The notes beneath the pieces are model-generated. The model worked only from the letters and a program-made list of their open reading frames with translations. It was not told the origin of the DNA and made no database searches. From assembly GCA_026023565.1 (NCBI GenBank), contig JAPETS010000039.1, forward strand, positions 124,001 through 188,000: DNA of 64,000 bases, read 5' to 3'. Within the stretch, counting starts at the first letter, position 1, and each line of letters opens with the position of its first letter. Both the position numbers and the translations under genes were made by a program. The stretch comes from Cirrosporium novae-zelandiae (Eukaryota). Of the stretch, positions 26,524 to 40,400 are shown piece after piece.

Positions 26524-27911
26524 CTAGATGAGGTCTCTCTTTACGAATTGCTCATGCAACGCCTTGCCAAGCATGGCAGGACTCCTCTCCACGATTACAC
26601 CCGCACTCTCCAATGCCGCGATCTTGCTAGCAGCGTCTCCCTTTCCTCCGCTGACAATTGCACCTGCGTGACCCATTCTCCTTCCTGGTGGTGCACTCAC
26701 ACCTGCAATGAAGCTCACGACTGGTTTATCCTTGACATTGAACTCTTTTAGGAATTCGCTTGCATCCTCTTCGGCGCTCCCACCAATCTCACCGATCATG
26801 ATGATACCGTCGGTTTCATCATCCTTCAAGAAGACTTTCAAGCAGTCGATGAAGTTAGTACCAGAGAAGGGGTCGCCACCGATGCCCACAACGAGGGACT
26901 GGCCAAGGCCAGCCTCTGTCGTTTGGTTCACGGCTTCATAGGTTAGGGTGCCAGAGCGGGAGACAATGCCCACGCGGCCGCGCTTATGGATGAAGCCAGG
27001 CATGATGCCGATTTTACATTGGCCCTATGTGCGTAAGGTTGTTAGTATTTAAGTAACGGGCCAGGAGGCTTCATGGGGGTGGAAGAAGCGTTGAGGAAAT
27101 GCATACAGGAGCGATGATACCGGGGCAGTTGGGGCCAATGAGGCGGGTCTTGTTTTGTGTTTTGAGCAAGTCGGTAACACGAACCATGTCTATTTAAACA
27201 TATCCATTAGTCCGAACTATACTTGTTGGTTGCTGGGTTGTTGGGAACCGATGTACCATGTTGTGGAATGCCCTCGGTAATACTACGAATTTCAACTGTT
27301 AGCCGGCGAGTTCAGACATTATTCCTTTGCACCAGGACTTACCAAACTACCAGCGGAATTTCTGCTTCAACAGCCTCCTCAATACTCTTTGCGGCGAAGG
27401 AGGGTCTGTAGGACAGGAAGAATGTTAGAAGGGTTCAATTGAGATTCCGTAGATGTTAGAAATTGTGCGCTCACGGAACGAAGATTGCTGAGGCGTCGGC
27501 ACCGACTTCCTTTACTGCGTCTCTAACGTGTGCAAAGACCGGTTTGCCTAGGTGTAGTTCTCCAGCTTTCTTGGGGTTTGTGCCGCCGACGATGTTTGTT
27601 CCTAAGGAAGTTCAGACGATTGCGCTTGGAGCAGGAATATTTACTTTCATACCATAATCCAAAGCCTATATTTCGCCGGAATTAGTCCTGATGTTTCATG
27701 AAGCTTCTTAAAGGAATATATTTGGGTGGCATACCTGTTGAGCATGGAAAGTGCCCTGCTTGCCGGTAAAACCTTGGTAGATGACCTTAGTAGCACTGGT
27801 GATCCGCAGGTTATCGACAGTGGAAGCATATGGAGAATTGGAAGTGGCATAGCCTCTTGTCTTAGAGACAGTCTTCAAAGCCGACAAGGCACTTTTTCTT
27901 AAACACTGCAT
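26524..27911 (-). CDS. LSC1: Succinyl-CoA ligase alpha subunit, mitochondrial; ~7 exons including a 13-nt microexon
   Basis: [81 protein letters not shown] (phospho-His). Confidence 0.96.
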
Positions 27912-28317
27912 GGTGAAAATTGAGCGAATTTGGAGGAGTTGAGAGTATCTGGAAGAAAAGAAATGCAAGAAGGTCTAAGAATGGGAGAGCTTACCCAGAT
28001 ATTCCGTACAGATGATGAGCCCAAGGGCCGCCTGCTTAGTTTTCCCGCGACGCCGACCGATAGCCGTCAATCACGTGCACTTATCCACCTTGGCACCTGC
28101 ATACCATGGTCCATGGGTCCATGACCACTTGCATCACACCAACTAGAAAGTATTTCAGTAATTATGCAAACTAAACAAACTAGACAAACTAAACTGACCC
28201 CGCAGGCCAATAAGCCAATCGCCATCATCGAATAAAATATTCTTTTACAGCCCACCACCCTCAACCCTCCGAACATTTATGAGGATCAAGAACAACATCA
28301 ATCAACTACATTCAAAG

Positions 28318-30145
28318 ATGGCTACAGAGACTATGACAATTCCTATGGGCCTAAAAACAAGGCTCTCAAAGGAGGCCAAGTCAAAGCTAGCCCCAGAGCC
28401 CGTAAGGACAATGCAATGTTGCGCTGATATCGCAAGCGCTTTAATTAAAGATTTCGAGGAGCAGCAACAAGATGAATCAAAACCCAGAAAAGATATAAAT
28501 CTCAATAGTCTTCGGGGGCAGATGTCGAGAAAATATAGATTAAAGTCACAGCCGCCACTGACGGCGATTATTGCTGCTGTTCCAGAACACTATAAGAAAT
28601 ACATTCTCCCGAAACTTATAGCCAAACCTATCAGTATGACTCTTTCTTTTTGCGCGCATGTACATATCCGAAGTTCGCACTTGAGGATGGCAATGCTAAC
28701 AATGCTTGCATTTAGGAACCTCATCTGGTATTGCAGTGGTTGCTGTAATGTGCAAACCCCATCGATGCCCTCATATCGCATACACCGGTAATATTTGTGT
28801 CTACTGCCCCGGAGGACCAGATTCGGACTTTGAATACTCTACGCAATCATACACAGGTTATGAACCAACCTCAATGCGAGCCATCCGTGCTCGCTACGAT
28901 CCCTACGAACAGGCCCGTGGCCGAGTTGACCAAATCAAGTCATTGGGTCACAGTGTCGATAAAGTTGAATACATTATTATGGGTGGTACATTCATGTCTC
29001 TACCAGAAGACTACCGTGATATATTCATAGCCCAACTCCACAATGCCCTATCAGGCTATCAAACCTCAGACGTAGACGAAGCAGTCGAGGCAGGAGAAAT
29101 GTCCAGTATTAAATGTGTCGGCATAACCATTGAAACCCGACCTGACTACTGCCTCGACCAACATCTCAGCAGCATGCTTCGTTACGGCTGTACACGTCTC
29201 GAAATTGGTGTGCAATCACTGTACGAAGATGTCGCCCGCGACACCAACAGAGGCCACACGGTTGCAGCAGTCGCAGAAACCTTTAAGCTAGCCAAAGACG
29301 CCGGCTTCAAAGTCGTCAGCCACATGATGCCTGATCTTCCTAACGTCGGGATGGAGCGCGACCTTGACCAATTCCGAGAGTATTTCGAGAATCCCGCTTT
29401 CCGAACTGATGGTCTGAAGATCTACCCCACGCTCGTAATCCGCGGGACCGGGCTCTACGAGCTCTGGCGCACAGGCCGATATAAGAACTACACCCCCAAC
29501 GCCCTCATTGACCTTGTCGCTCGCATCCTCGCACTCGTGCCCCCTTGGACCCGCATCTACCGCGTCCAACGCGACATTCCCATGCCACTCGTAACCTCAG
29601 GCGTAGAGAACGGCAACCTGCGCGAACTAGCCCTCAGCCGTATGAAAGACTTCGGAACCACATGTCGTGACGTTCGCACGCGTGAAGTAGGCATCAACGA
29701 AGTAAAAAACAAGATCCGCCCCTCACAGGTAGAGCTCGTCCGACGCGACTACGCCGCCAACGGAGGTTGGGAAACCTTCCTCGCCTACGAGGACCCAAAA
29801 CAAGATATCCTAATCGCGTTACTCCGGCTCCGAAAATGTAGTACTACGCACACGTTTCGCCCTGAATTGACGGCGCAACCTACGAGCCTGGTAAGGGAAC
29901 TGCATGTTTATGGGTCTGCGGTCCCTGTGCATGGGCGGGATCCAAGAAAGTTTCAGCACCAGGGATACGGGACGTTGTTGATGGAGGAGGCTGCCAGGAT
30001 CGCAAAAGAGGAACATGGCAGCGAAAAGATTAGTGTCATTTCGGGTGTCGGGGTTAGGAGTTATTATGCTAAGTTGGGGTATTATTTAGATGGGCCATAT
30101 ATGTCGAAGATAATTGGGGGGAAGGATGATGAAGATGATGAATGA
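28318..30145 (+). CDS. ELP3: Elongator catalytic subunit (radical SAM + GNAT acetyltransferase); 1 intron (~28634-28715)
   Basis: [76 protein letters not shown]. Confidence 0.97.
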
Positions 30146-31270
30146 ATGAATGCATGAATGAATATAAAAGTGAATGGGGAATTGGATTCAAAAAAATTGA
30201 AACCAGCGTTTTTTTTTTGGTCAGGCTTCTACGTCGCATAGATCTTCAATGGCCAGGGGTATACACACACATACATGCATGATATGAAGGGGTAAAGAAG
30301 AGAAGAGAAAAGAAAATATGCGTTAGATATTATATATATGAAAAAAAGCATTCGGTAAACATGATGCAAGATATGAAAATGAGAAGGAGAAGAAGATATC
30401 ACCTCAACAAATCCAAAATCCAAGCATCTACTACTAAATTAGTAGGTATAGTACTATCCCCCAATGCTCAAATCCAAACCCAACGTCCTCCTCCTTTTAA
30501 GAATGTTCCTAAGGAGGGAGGTAAGGCAGACCATAAAAATATATACGGTATTGAAATAATTAAAATACACTTATTAATTATTTGGTTTGGTTGATTAGAT
30601 CCTGATTGAGAGGGGGATGTAAGATGTAGGGAGCTGCTATTGTTGATGAGTGTGGTATATTTACTTAGAGAGATAAGTGTTTAGAGAATTAGATTAGGAA
30701 GGGGGGATCGTGGATCACCTTCAACCCTGCGCAAGTAGGGAAAACGTTCATGGGGATAGGGTTAAAAGGCATTTAGTAAGATAACTAAATCTTTAGTAGG
30801 CCTCATCGTCCGTCATCGAAAAGAGTTTGTGTTCTATCAGAAGGCCCTCCTGAAATAAGTCCTCGATAATAGATGTAGTACTTGGTGCTTAGCTGTGAGA
30901 ATATTGACCAAGTATGTCATAGTCTAGTATTATTATAGGTATCTCGGTCTAATGGTCAAACCAGCAGGCAATAAACAAAAAAAGGTAAAAATGAATACCA
31001 GAATGTTTCCATATTCATGGTGCCATGCCGTTCCCATTATGGCCCCCAAAATATAAATATACATCTTCTTCAACGCCAAATTGTGTCCCGAAAAAACTCA
31101 TGCGCTATGCAGGAGGGCAAATGGTCCAACCCCATGGGAATTTAAACAAAGCCTGTAATTGTAACCTCCCTGCTTCCATGTGCTTTCTGAAGACATTTCT
31201 ACCTTTCCTGCGCCTAGGACTTAGTATCTGAATGTGTGTTTTATGTAATGCCATAAGGGGGTGTTTTTGT

Positions 31271-31833
31271 TTAATTTAGAGCAATTTGGCCCCGACGGCT
31301 CTGCCGAACGTGGAGGTATGCTTGGAAACCACAAAAGACGAGGAAGATCTATTAGGGGTAGAATGTTAGCGACTCCCATTTTGAGGTGACTGGTGTATCA
31401 AAAACAGAGGAGGTTGATAATGAGTAATCCACCGAAAGGAGAAAAGGAGAGAGACGTACAGCATATACAGTCACAGCTGAGAATACCGTAGCAGCCACAG
31501 CAGCACCATCTGTTGGGCTTGATGTTGAGCCCATCATGGTGTGATGATTATTCTGTTACACGCATAGCCATCAGCATTGATTATTCATTTTATAAATTCC
31601 CATCAACTTAGATCTATTATTCTCCTCCATCATTCGAAGACATGGGATAAGTTCAATATTGTTGGATATAAACATACTTTGAACAGACTGCCGATAATGG
31701 AGAGAAATATAATGGCGAAGACGGAGATGACAACGCTATCGAGTATATCAGCACCAATTTCCCCATCTAAATCATCAGATAAAGAATAAACGAACCATGA
31801 CCATGCGTTCATAGCTCCTACGACGGGCTTCAT
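31271..31833 (-). CDS. V-type ATPase subunit f / RNaseK-like small two-TM protein, 4 exons
   Basis: Spliced MKPVVGAMNAWSC-VVISVFAIIFLSIIGSLFK-NNHHTMMGSTSSPTDGAAVAATVFSAVTVYA-IFLVFCGFQAYLHVRQSRRGQIALN*. Two hydrophobic helices and AVxVY..FLVFCGFQ match the RNaseK/subunit f pattern. Confidence 0.82.
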
Positions 31834-32389
31834 GATGGCGGTATTTGGCGGGGATGGGAGATAGGTCCTATCGCTATCCTTTAAACCGAATGCGAATTTT
31901 CGGCCGTAAGTTATGTCAAGAAGAATGAGAGTCTTTTTGAGTGAGAGCTAATTTATTATGTAGTAGAATAACGAGGGAATCGAGATGTTGTGGGAGTTGG
32001 GAGTGACGGATGAAGTTGAGCTGGTAGAACCTTGTGACGATTGCAGCGAGAAGTTAGAAGTTCCAGATACAGACTAGGACGCTTTCGGATAGATATTTAC
32101 TGCAGTAGAGTAATTACGACGCGCGGTAGGGATTCTACCTTAATAATCTATTTTTATTTTATTTTTTACCTCTGAATCAAGAATAAAAATTCCTAGGATT
32201 GATTTCAATAATTTTATATTTTAGGCTTCTGTTCTGCTGCTCATTAACATCATAACCTGCTGGAGACCCGGCAGCCAGAGCTTTATTGCTAATTACTCTC
32301 AAAGATCTCCGAATCAAGTCCGAAGTCGTTTAACAGTGGAACTCATATCCCCACCAATTTTCCCTACCGCAAACATAAAATGCATCAGC

Positions 32390-33351
32390 TCAAGTAGCTT
32401 TGTTCTTTCCCCGGTTCCATGCAACGCAGTCCTCGAACTTGACTCCACTACCTCCGAATATGTCCAGAGCACTTCCAATAGTCAAATCGACTTTTCCACC
32501 ACTGATTTCTTCGACTCTGTCCAAGTCTTCAATACGTCTGCTTCCTCCAGCATATGTGACGGGTTTGGTACACCATTCTGCGAGATTTCGGATTAGATCT
32601 TCATCAATACCTTGTTGGAGGCCTTCGTTATCCGCGGCGTGAATCAGAAATTCCGAACAGAAGGGTTCGAAACCCTTAATCGTATCTAGATGTCTTCATT
32701 AGTTAAAAGAGAAAGGGACAAGCCTGCTCGAGCGGTAAGTTAACGAAGCTTACGCTTAGAAATTTCTGTGTCTGTAATCGTTTGCCATTTATTCATAGCG
32801 ACAAACCATTTATCTCCCTTTTTTCGACAGCTCAGGTCTATAACGAGCTTGTTCTCATCATCATCAAGAGCGTGAAGAACCGAGGCGAGGCGTTCTATGG
32901 AGAATATGGCGTTCGGAAAGAGGTAAGATGTGACGATTACCTACTACGGTTTCAATCATCAGTGTTATCTTTGTATAAGTAATTTGAACAGTGGCTATTC
33001 CAGTAGTATCAAATGGGAGCATTTGCAGTATCCTGAAAGACTATTGTTCACCTTCTCCGCTCCCCAATTGATCCATTGAGCAGCATTTTCGTCGTTGATA
33101 CCACCACCAACCTGTAAGCCATTAGGCCATGCTGCTAGAGCTTCTTTAGCAGCATCCTCATTTCCAGGCCCAAGCATTATGACATGAGCCCCAGAAATTT
33201 CATTGTCACGGTAGAGCTTTGCAAAATGACCTGAAGGTTGGGTAGAGACATGGTTGGTTTTAAGAGCTGTTGAGTCGTCTGTCAACGTCCCACCAACAAT
33301 TTGCTTGACCTGACCAGAATGAAGGTCAATACATGGTCTGAATCGTGTCAT
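32390..33351 (-). CDS. HIS6: ProFAR isomerase (histidine biosynthesis), 2 introns
   Basis: [93 protein letters not shown]. Confidence 0.96.
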
Positions 33352-33592
33352 GTCGAAATTCTCAAGTTCTCGATCAATCCAAGAGCAGAGCTTTGAAGAG
33401 TTACCAAGTAAGAGCTTTGAGAAGATTTGTCAGTCTAGTGGGGGACCTTGGAGGACCGATGACGATAGATAGAGTATTAGATTTAAGGTTTCCGCGGCTG
33501 ACTAACGTCTAACCTGATTCTATAAGCTTCAACTGGCGAAATATTTTTATTAGTAACGAGCAAGATATCATCGCGAATAAACCAAATTAGCA

Positions 33593-34483
33593 ATGATGTT
33601 GGGGAAACGGAAGAGAGAAGCTACGGTACCTCGGAAGGCCGCAAAGGATGTTTCTACTTCCGTTAACCAAAAAGAAAATGAAACTCGGGAAAAGTTAAGA
33701 CTATATTTCGAATCACAATTTCAACCTCTAGAAATCTCTAAACCTGCGATATCTTACCATGACCCAGCACAAGAAGAAGCAGATGAAAGCGAAAATGATA
33801 GCTCTAGCTGGGATGGGATATCAGAGAATGAAGAATCCACGGTGGAGGTGATTTCATATGAAGAATCTGGTGGAGATCCTGATCTGCAAATTTCAAAAGA
33901 GGAATTTAGGTCCTTCATGGTATATTTTTGGAACTACCCTGAACTAGAAACTAATACTGACCTTTTTCAATCGCAGTCATCCAAGCCACCAACTAGTGAC
34001 TCACAAAAGTTATCAAAAGCCAAAATAAAAAATCCCAAAGATGAAGCTCAAGATGAAGCCGATGATGCCACCAATTTGAAGAATGATTTATCTCTTCAGC
34101 GACTATTGCGAGAGTCTCATTTACTTGATCAATCATCTATTTTTTCTCCATCTGGGTCAAATAGACATAAAGCTATCGACATTCGACTGCAATCGCTGGG
34201 TGCAAAAAATTCTATCCTAATCCAAGAGAAAATGCCCATGTCCCAACGCAAAGGGATAATCGCTAAAGCTGCCCATAAAGAGGACTTCCGGAGACAAGAG
34301 GCTAGAGAGAATGGAATTATTCTAGAGAAGGTAGTGAAAAGGAAAAAAGATAACTCGCATCGAGACAGAGGAGTTGGCGCTCCTGGGGTAGGACGATTCA
34401 AGGGGGGTACCCTCAAGCTGAGTAGGAATGACATAGCGGAGATCCAAGGACCAAAGAGAACATCGAAGAAAGGCCGTAGATAA
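33593..34483 (+). CDS. FAF1: Faf1-like 40S ribosome biogenesis factor (DUF4602); probable 57-nt intron 33920-33976
   Basis: MLGKRKR, NLKNDLSLQRLLRESHLL, QEKMPMSQRKGI, EARENGIILE, RDRGVGAPGVGRFKGGTLKLSRNDIAEI. Confidence 0.82.
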   Translation: MMLGKRKREATVPRKAAKDVSTSVNQKENETREKLRLYFESQFQPLEISKPAISYHDPAQEEADESENDSSSWDGISENEESTVEVISYEESGGDPDLQISKEEFRSFMVYFWNYPELETNTDLFQSQSSKPPTSDSQKLSKAKIKNPKDEAQDEADDATNLKNDLSLQRLLRESHLLDQSSIFSPSGSNRHKAIDIRLQSLGAKNSILIQEKMPMSQRKGIIAKAAHKEDFRRQEARENGIILEKVVKRKKDNSHRDRGVGAPGVGRFKGGTLKLSRNDIAEIQGPKRTSKKGRR

Positions 34484-37400
34484 TGCGACGCACCTCGCTT
34501 TTTAGCTGTATCTTTTCATCGAAAGGCCGTCCACCTTTCGGGGCCTTGTCGTATCAAGCTCAGTGATACAATATGACTGTTCCGGTTCATGGTATGAACA
34601 CCAAATTCAGTACTAGAACCAGGTTCCAGGTTCCATACATTATTTGGATATAATTTCCTTCCAGCAATCCGCGCAGTTGTGTACTTACAAAACCCAGGCA
34701 ATTGAAGCGTCAAACAAAAGGAGAGTTGGGACCCTAGCTGCCTCGAGCAACTATGGCAGTACTGAGAGTAGCAACTTGAATATCTTCCTTGAACAGATAC
34801 TGATCCAGGTATTTTCTAATCACCAAAAATGAAGTTGAAGAAATTCAACTTGAATATCAATTTCGACACACAATGGCACATGAGTTGCTGAGATCCTCAG
34901 GAGACGCTGGCAAAGGTGCTGTACTGATAGCGGGAAAACAGTCCAACAAGATGCTTTCGATATATTTCCTGCTTCGTTCTAGTGAAGAGGGCATATTACT
35001 GGCTAACCTCCGATTGCTCTTAAATAGTCTGAGTTTTGTATAAATGTTTTTCTTTTCAATTCTTTAGCTATTGTATTTCTCTCTAAATTCTCTCGTTATA
35101 TTTTTTTGAATCGTAGCCGTCGTTCCCCAAGATCCTGTTTATTATCTCTCTACCACGTCTAACTAGATCTGCTCGTCGTAACCTACCTAGGATTATTAAA
35201 CGTTGCCTTTGCCAGTCTCACTCCATCCTTTGTCTCTTCCTCTTTACCAGAGACAACGAGTCCTACACGTTATTTACAGGCCAAATCGATTGTAACCCTT
35301 AAATTCGTTGGCAGACTGAGACAACTACAACTACTATCCTTTACTCCTTACCGGTCAAGTCTTCATGAATGCATCTTGGTTGCCCAATCCTCCAACATCA
35401 ATGTATGAGCCTATCAATTAATGTTATTGTGGTTGCTACATACGCGTCATGTCTTGGCTTTTTATACATCGAATTCCTAAATAGTTCATCAGTAATCAGT
35501 CACATGTCCCTCTTATCCACGGCACTGATAGACACCTTTCGAAACTGGGGCATGCAATCGATTCTGCTATTTTTAAGTCATTCACCCACAAACCCCAAGC
35601 TCTACCGTACAACACCATATTTTCCACACAATTTAGATAACAATTACCCCTTCAGTCATTATCTCTAGTCAAATTGACATTATACCACCGTTTCATATTG
35701 TCTATATTTGGACAACTGTCAATCTAGAACGTCCCGAGGACCTAGCCTTTAGGGCCAAATTGAAACCATGAAACCAAGGCTCAAAGAGAAAATCACTCTC
35801 ATCACCATTCTGATGTTTAAAATATTACTCGTCTATGGCCAATCTTCCAAAGATACACATTCTGAGAGCGTTATCGTCACCACTAATGGCGGCAGCAACA
35901 CTACGGTAAACTCGGGATAATCAATCCTTAGTCCATTACTATAATTGATAACGTTGTATGATCGGCTCGCTCCATTATACCATTCCATTATTCGGAAGTA
36001 TGAAAATACGGAAATAGGAGTAATATCCCTAGTGTGGTTTGTCTATAATGATCTTGACTAATGTTGCTTGAATCTACGCTTAGGTGGAAGACTTAATTGA
36101 TACTAAAAACCTTTATAGACTTGATGATGTTGGAACATGTCCTGCCTGATATTTGGATATATCTTTCAACGAGAATCATGGTGGATATTGCAATGTAGAC
36201 TGGAATGACCAAACCTATGCGGAGATACCGCCCTCCTAACCTAATTATGGACATATAAACTGGTAGAGTGAGGACTTGGGTTGATAGTGGGGAGGTTGTT
36301 GACAGCGAGGTATTTCTTAAATAGGTTATAGGCTGGCTCGACAGGTGGGTTCTAGGAATCTAGGATATGGTTGTCAGGTCACCACCACCACGGCTACCAC
36401 CCACCAGCTCTCTGGTCATGATCTCATTGATAATAGTTACGAATCTCTCAAGAACTTCCTAAATACTCTTAGTTACACAAGTTACACCTTACAACTCACA
36501 AAAATAGACAATTAGTTTGTCGCACCATTTATCTTCTTCTTCTCGACTTCCAGCTCTCTGCAACCTTTGACCTCATCACGTTCCGTTCCTCCACATTTAA
36601 TGTTACTTTTGTACCATTATCGGGGAGTATGGTGGAAAAGAGGTCATTGACCGGACTATAACTTAACTGGATTTGAGTAAACTTGAGCAAGACCCCCTCC
36701 ACCTTGGACGCTTTTTGTTGTTCCTGCATAAGCTCCAAAGACGGGAAAGTTGTGCCTTTGGGCCTAAATAAACTAAGGTGGTACCTAAATATGAAAGAAA
36801 AGAAAAAGGTGCCGTGACTTGCAGTAGTGGGATTGGTAGAAGGGTTTCATAATTTTGGGTGGCTAACAACTAACAAGATGGTTCTGCTTGTCTACCTAGG
36901 TAGCTTGGCAGTCTTTGTTCTCAAAAGCGTTATTTTCTTCTTCTTTGCTTTTGAAGAGACAGTGCACTGACTACTAGCTAATATGTTACGCCAACTTACC
37001 TAGGTATCTAATTGCTTGAATCAGTGCCTATCCGATTATAACGATATCAATTTATATCACCGGGAACCAGTGGGATTCTCTTCCTTAATATATATTCAGC
37101 TTTGAATAAGAGTCTTTGTTCTATTATTCGGCGGTTGTGGCTGGTAAAATACTGATTGGTAGTGATTGGTTACTTCAGACGTGTTTCGGAATCTTAAGGC
37201 ACCCAAGGGTTGGGTTTTGCTGACTGGATTTTCGGGTATTTTCCTCTTTTTAGATATTCAGGGCGAGACGCGCTGAGTTTATTCTCATTTTTCCAGCCTA
37301 CAAATACATATTCTAATAGATATTGGCTTTTGTGCCATGATGGTAAAATTCTATTATTATTATTATTATTATTACTATTTATTATTATGTACATTTTGAT

Positions 37401-40400
37401 TCTTTCATCTTTTGATCATTTGGACCATTTATCCACGTCTTCTGGTTTTAGTTCCTCTTATTAGGCTCTTAGACTCTTCTGGGTAAACCTCGCTTTCTTC
37501 GCTTTGTGATGATCAAACATTAGGCGCTGGTCTCAAGTCCATGAGTCCCATGGATGGAATACACCTCATTTCTAGCAACCTTGACCTTGTCAACTTGGTG
37601 ACTTTTTTCTTTAATCCCAGCAGTTACTGGTTCTCGATGTGGTCTTTTGAGAAACTCCCAGTTTTTTTTTATCCAAGTTATTGCTCTTGAGTAGGCTGCT
37701 CCCTGAGGCACCATCACTACAAGCATTGAGATTAGCAAATGGAAAATACCAAAAAAAAAACAATTAGTGAAACCCTGATGATAAGCTGTAGACATTGTTT
37801 CAGCTGTCTAGGTTCAAGTCCAGATATCTTGTCGCCTTATTCTGGTCATGATGAGAGACAAGTTTTTTTTCAAATTTTTTTTCATACTCTCAGATGAAGA
37901 TAAAGAATTTTCAAAAAGGCAAACACAAATGTGTTACTAATTGACTTCGTGGTGGTATCTGTATCCCGCATTCAAAGAAAGACATAATTCTGTTTCTCGT
38001 TTATAGCTTAAGCTTGGGATTTACTATCGTGTTATCCACGCAATTCATAATTTTCGGGTGTCGTACTGTAGACATTTGGACATTGGGCCTAATCGACAAT
38101 CATGGTGTGATCGAATGATATTAATGAGCAGATTGCCGATGGTTGAATGAGGTCCAAGGTCTACTGGCCCACTGGCCCACTGGCCTTTGTTTTTTTTGTT
38201 TTTTTTGCTTTGATTTGCCCACAACCCGTACCTCCGCGCGCACAAGCTTTGGGGACACGGATATGGATGCCGATGCATGTTTGGACAATGAGAAGGTACT
38301 GTGGGCATTCAAGGGTAAACTCAGGCCAAAAGGCAAGGTCCGAAGTTTGCATCTTTTGCCAAGACTTGCACAAAGGGCATCATGCTGCTGTGCATTTTTC
38401 ATCATCACATTCGTAAATAGATATCGGCTGTCATTAGACTTATCTAAGCTACTCAGATAATTATATTGCCTAGTTATTCTATCTTTAAGACATGATGCTA
38501 TTTTCCCCAGGTTTGATGTTTGACATTTACGACCAAGCCAACTCTTGCCCGTGTTTTGAAGCAGAAGCGAGTTGATAGGCCGAAGGGAAGGACCGATGGA
38601 TTCCTTCTAGATGTTGCAACGAGGTTTTTGGGAGGTTTGGAATTGGACCTGGTAAGATCTGAAGCGCGTTTCAGACATGAAGTCAATACTTTAAGACATT
38701 GTTCCTTTACACCAGAACCATAATCCTAGCCATATCACCCAGTCACAAGCTTTGCCGAAACCCATCATACATTGGAACATTGCCATGCACGCCATGCTCA
38801 TTCAAGCGCTGAACTGTACCAAACAATATTATCCAACTATCCAAATCTCACCGGACTATGGATGACCCTATAACCGAATAAGACTTAACAACGCTGACGC
38901 TTTTTTTCCGTTCAAGGTGGTCAGCAATAAATATGTTTATTCAAATCAATTGATGAGGATTGAAGAATTGAAATAATTAGATGTCCTGTGTGGATGTGGA
39001 TGTGGATGTGTGGATCAGGGTCACTTGAACATTGACCACTGATTAAGGGTAGGATGCACATGTACTTTGGATTGGCCCTGCATGGGTTCCATGACAGCAT
39101 ATCAGGATTCTGAGCACAGATACTCTCTCTGGTATCCGCCAGTGACTTCCTGGTGGGAGGCTTGAACACTGCTTTCGCGGGATGTGGTCGCTGTCCCTCA
39201 ATACTCCTATCACTCCAAGGTACTCAATCCCTCGGAATGAGAGGGTATACGTGTCGCCTGCTTGGTAATTGCGACTGCAACGCTGTATTGTCCTCAGTTG
39301 GGGGAGATGTACACACAAGCATAACTGTTATGACATATTCCTAAAAGAAAGGTTCTCATATGATAAATAGGAGAAGTTTAGGAGGTTATCGGAGAATGGG
39401 TATTATCAGGTATGGAATATTACCTTTTGTGGTAATACCCAAACAGGAACAAGTCCGGATTTGATTTGAAAATTACAAGGGTGGACCGAGGTAAGAGTAA
39501 TACAGTACGGTACTTGCGAGACCGAATACGCGCTTACTAAAGTAGTAATCTAGGAATTAGGCTCGATGATGGTCGATTCCATACAATAACCTAAAAGATT
39601 TATGTGGAATTAGGGCAAGTTCGAAAAGTTGAAAGTATCAATACACATAGTAACTAGTGGCCGTCGACTCCACATCTTTCAAAGGGCCCTCTTTTTTGAT
39701 TCCCCTACCGAGCATGGTTTGGTTCAACCTTGAAGGGTTCCTGAATTCCTGAGGACAACGGGAAGCTTCTACGGCGCCGGGGGACAAAAATAATGTCAGG
39801 TTTATTCGGAAAAGAGTTAGTATGGGCCGTTGGAGGAGTAGAGAGCGGAGGGATTTATCAATTTTATCAGGGATCTGGGGGGTTGTGATCTGCCTGGAAA
39901 AATTCTAGTACCTGAGGCCAAGGTATAAGGCAACAACTCACTGCCAGGTACTAACTAAAGTATTCTCCGCTATTGATTGCAATCTTCTTTCCCCTAGGTT
40001 CCAACTAGCCATCTTTCCCATCTTCTCAGGTAATTGTGGATCTTAATAACTTGGGGTTTTACGAGTTTGAAGGTCTAGAAAAGAGAAGGAGTGAAATATC
40101 GGAGAATAACTACCTGGATATTAAGATAATCTTCTTTATTTCTTTATTTTCTTCATAATCGCCACAGTCTCATGCCTAGAGAGTGGAATAAAATCTTCTT
40201 TGAGATGAATTAATTTATCAAGGTTCTTCTGGAAGAGCTAAGAAATTAAGAAATTTAAACAGAATTATGAACTAGAGGAGAAATGATAGGTTTTACACTC
40301 GACAAAGAAAGTAGGGGCTACGACTACTTTTATGAAGATTACAAAAGTATTAACGTTTGCAAACTATTGTCAATGATTATCAATGGATTATCCGTTTCAA

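Noticed and set aside
32660..32680. GGGTTCGAAACCC hairpin resembling a tRNA T-arm
   Set aside because: Lies at a HIS6 exon; no cloverleaf or A-box around it
38045..38723. Overlapping short ORFs and (ACTGGCCC)x3 repeat
   Set aside because: Low-complexity intergenic sequence without coding signal
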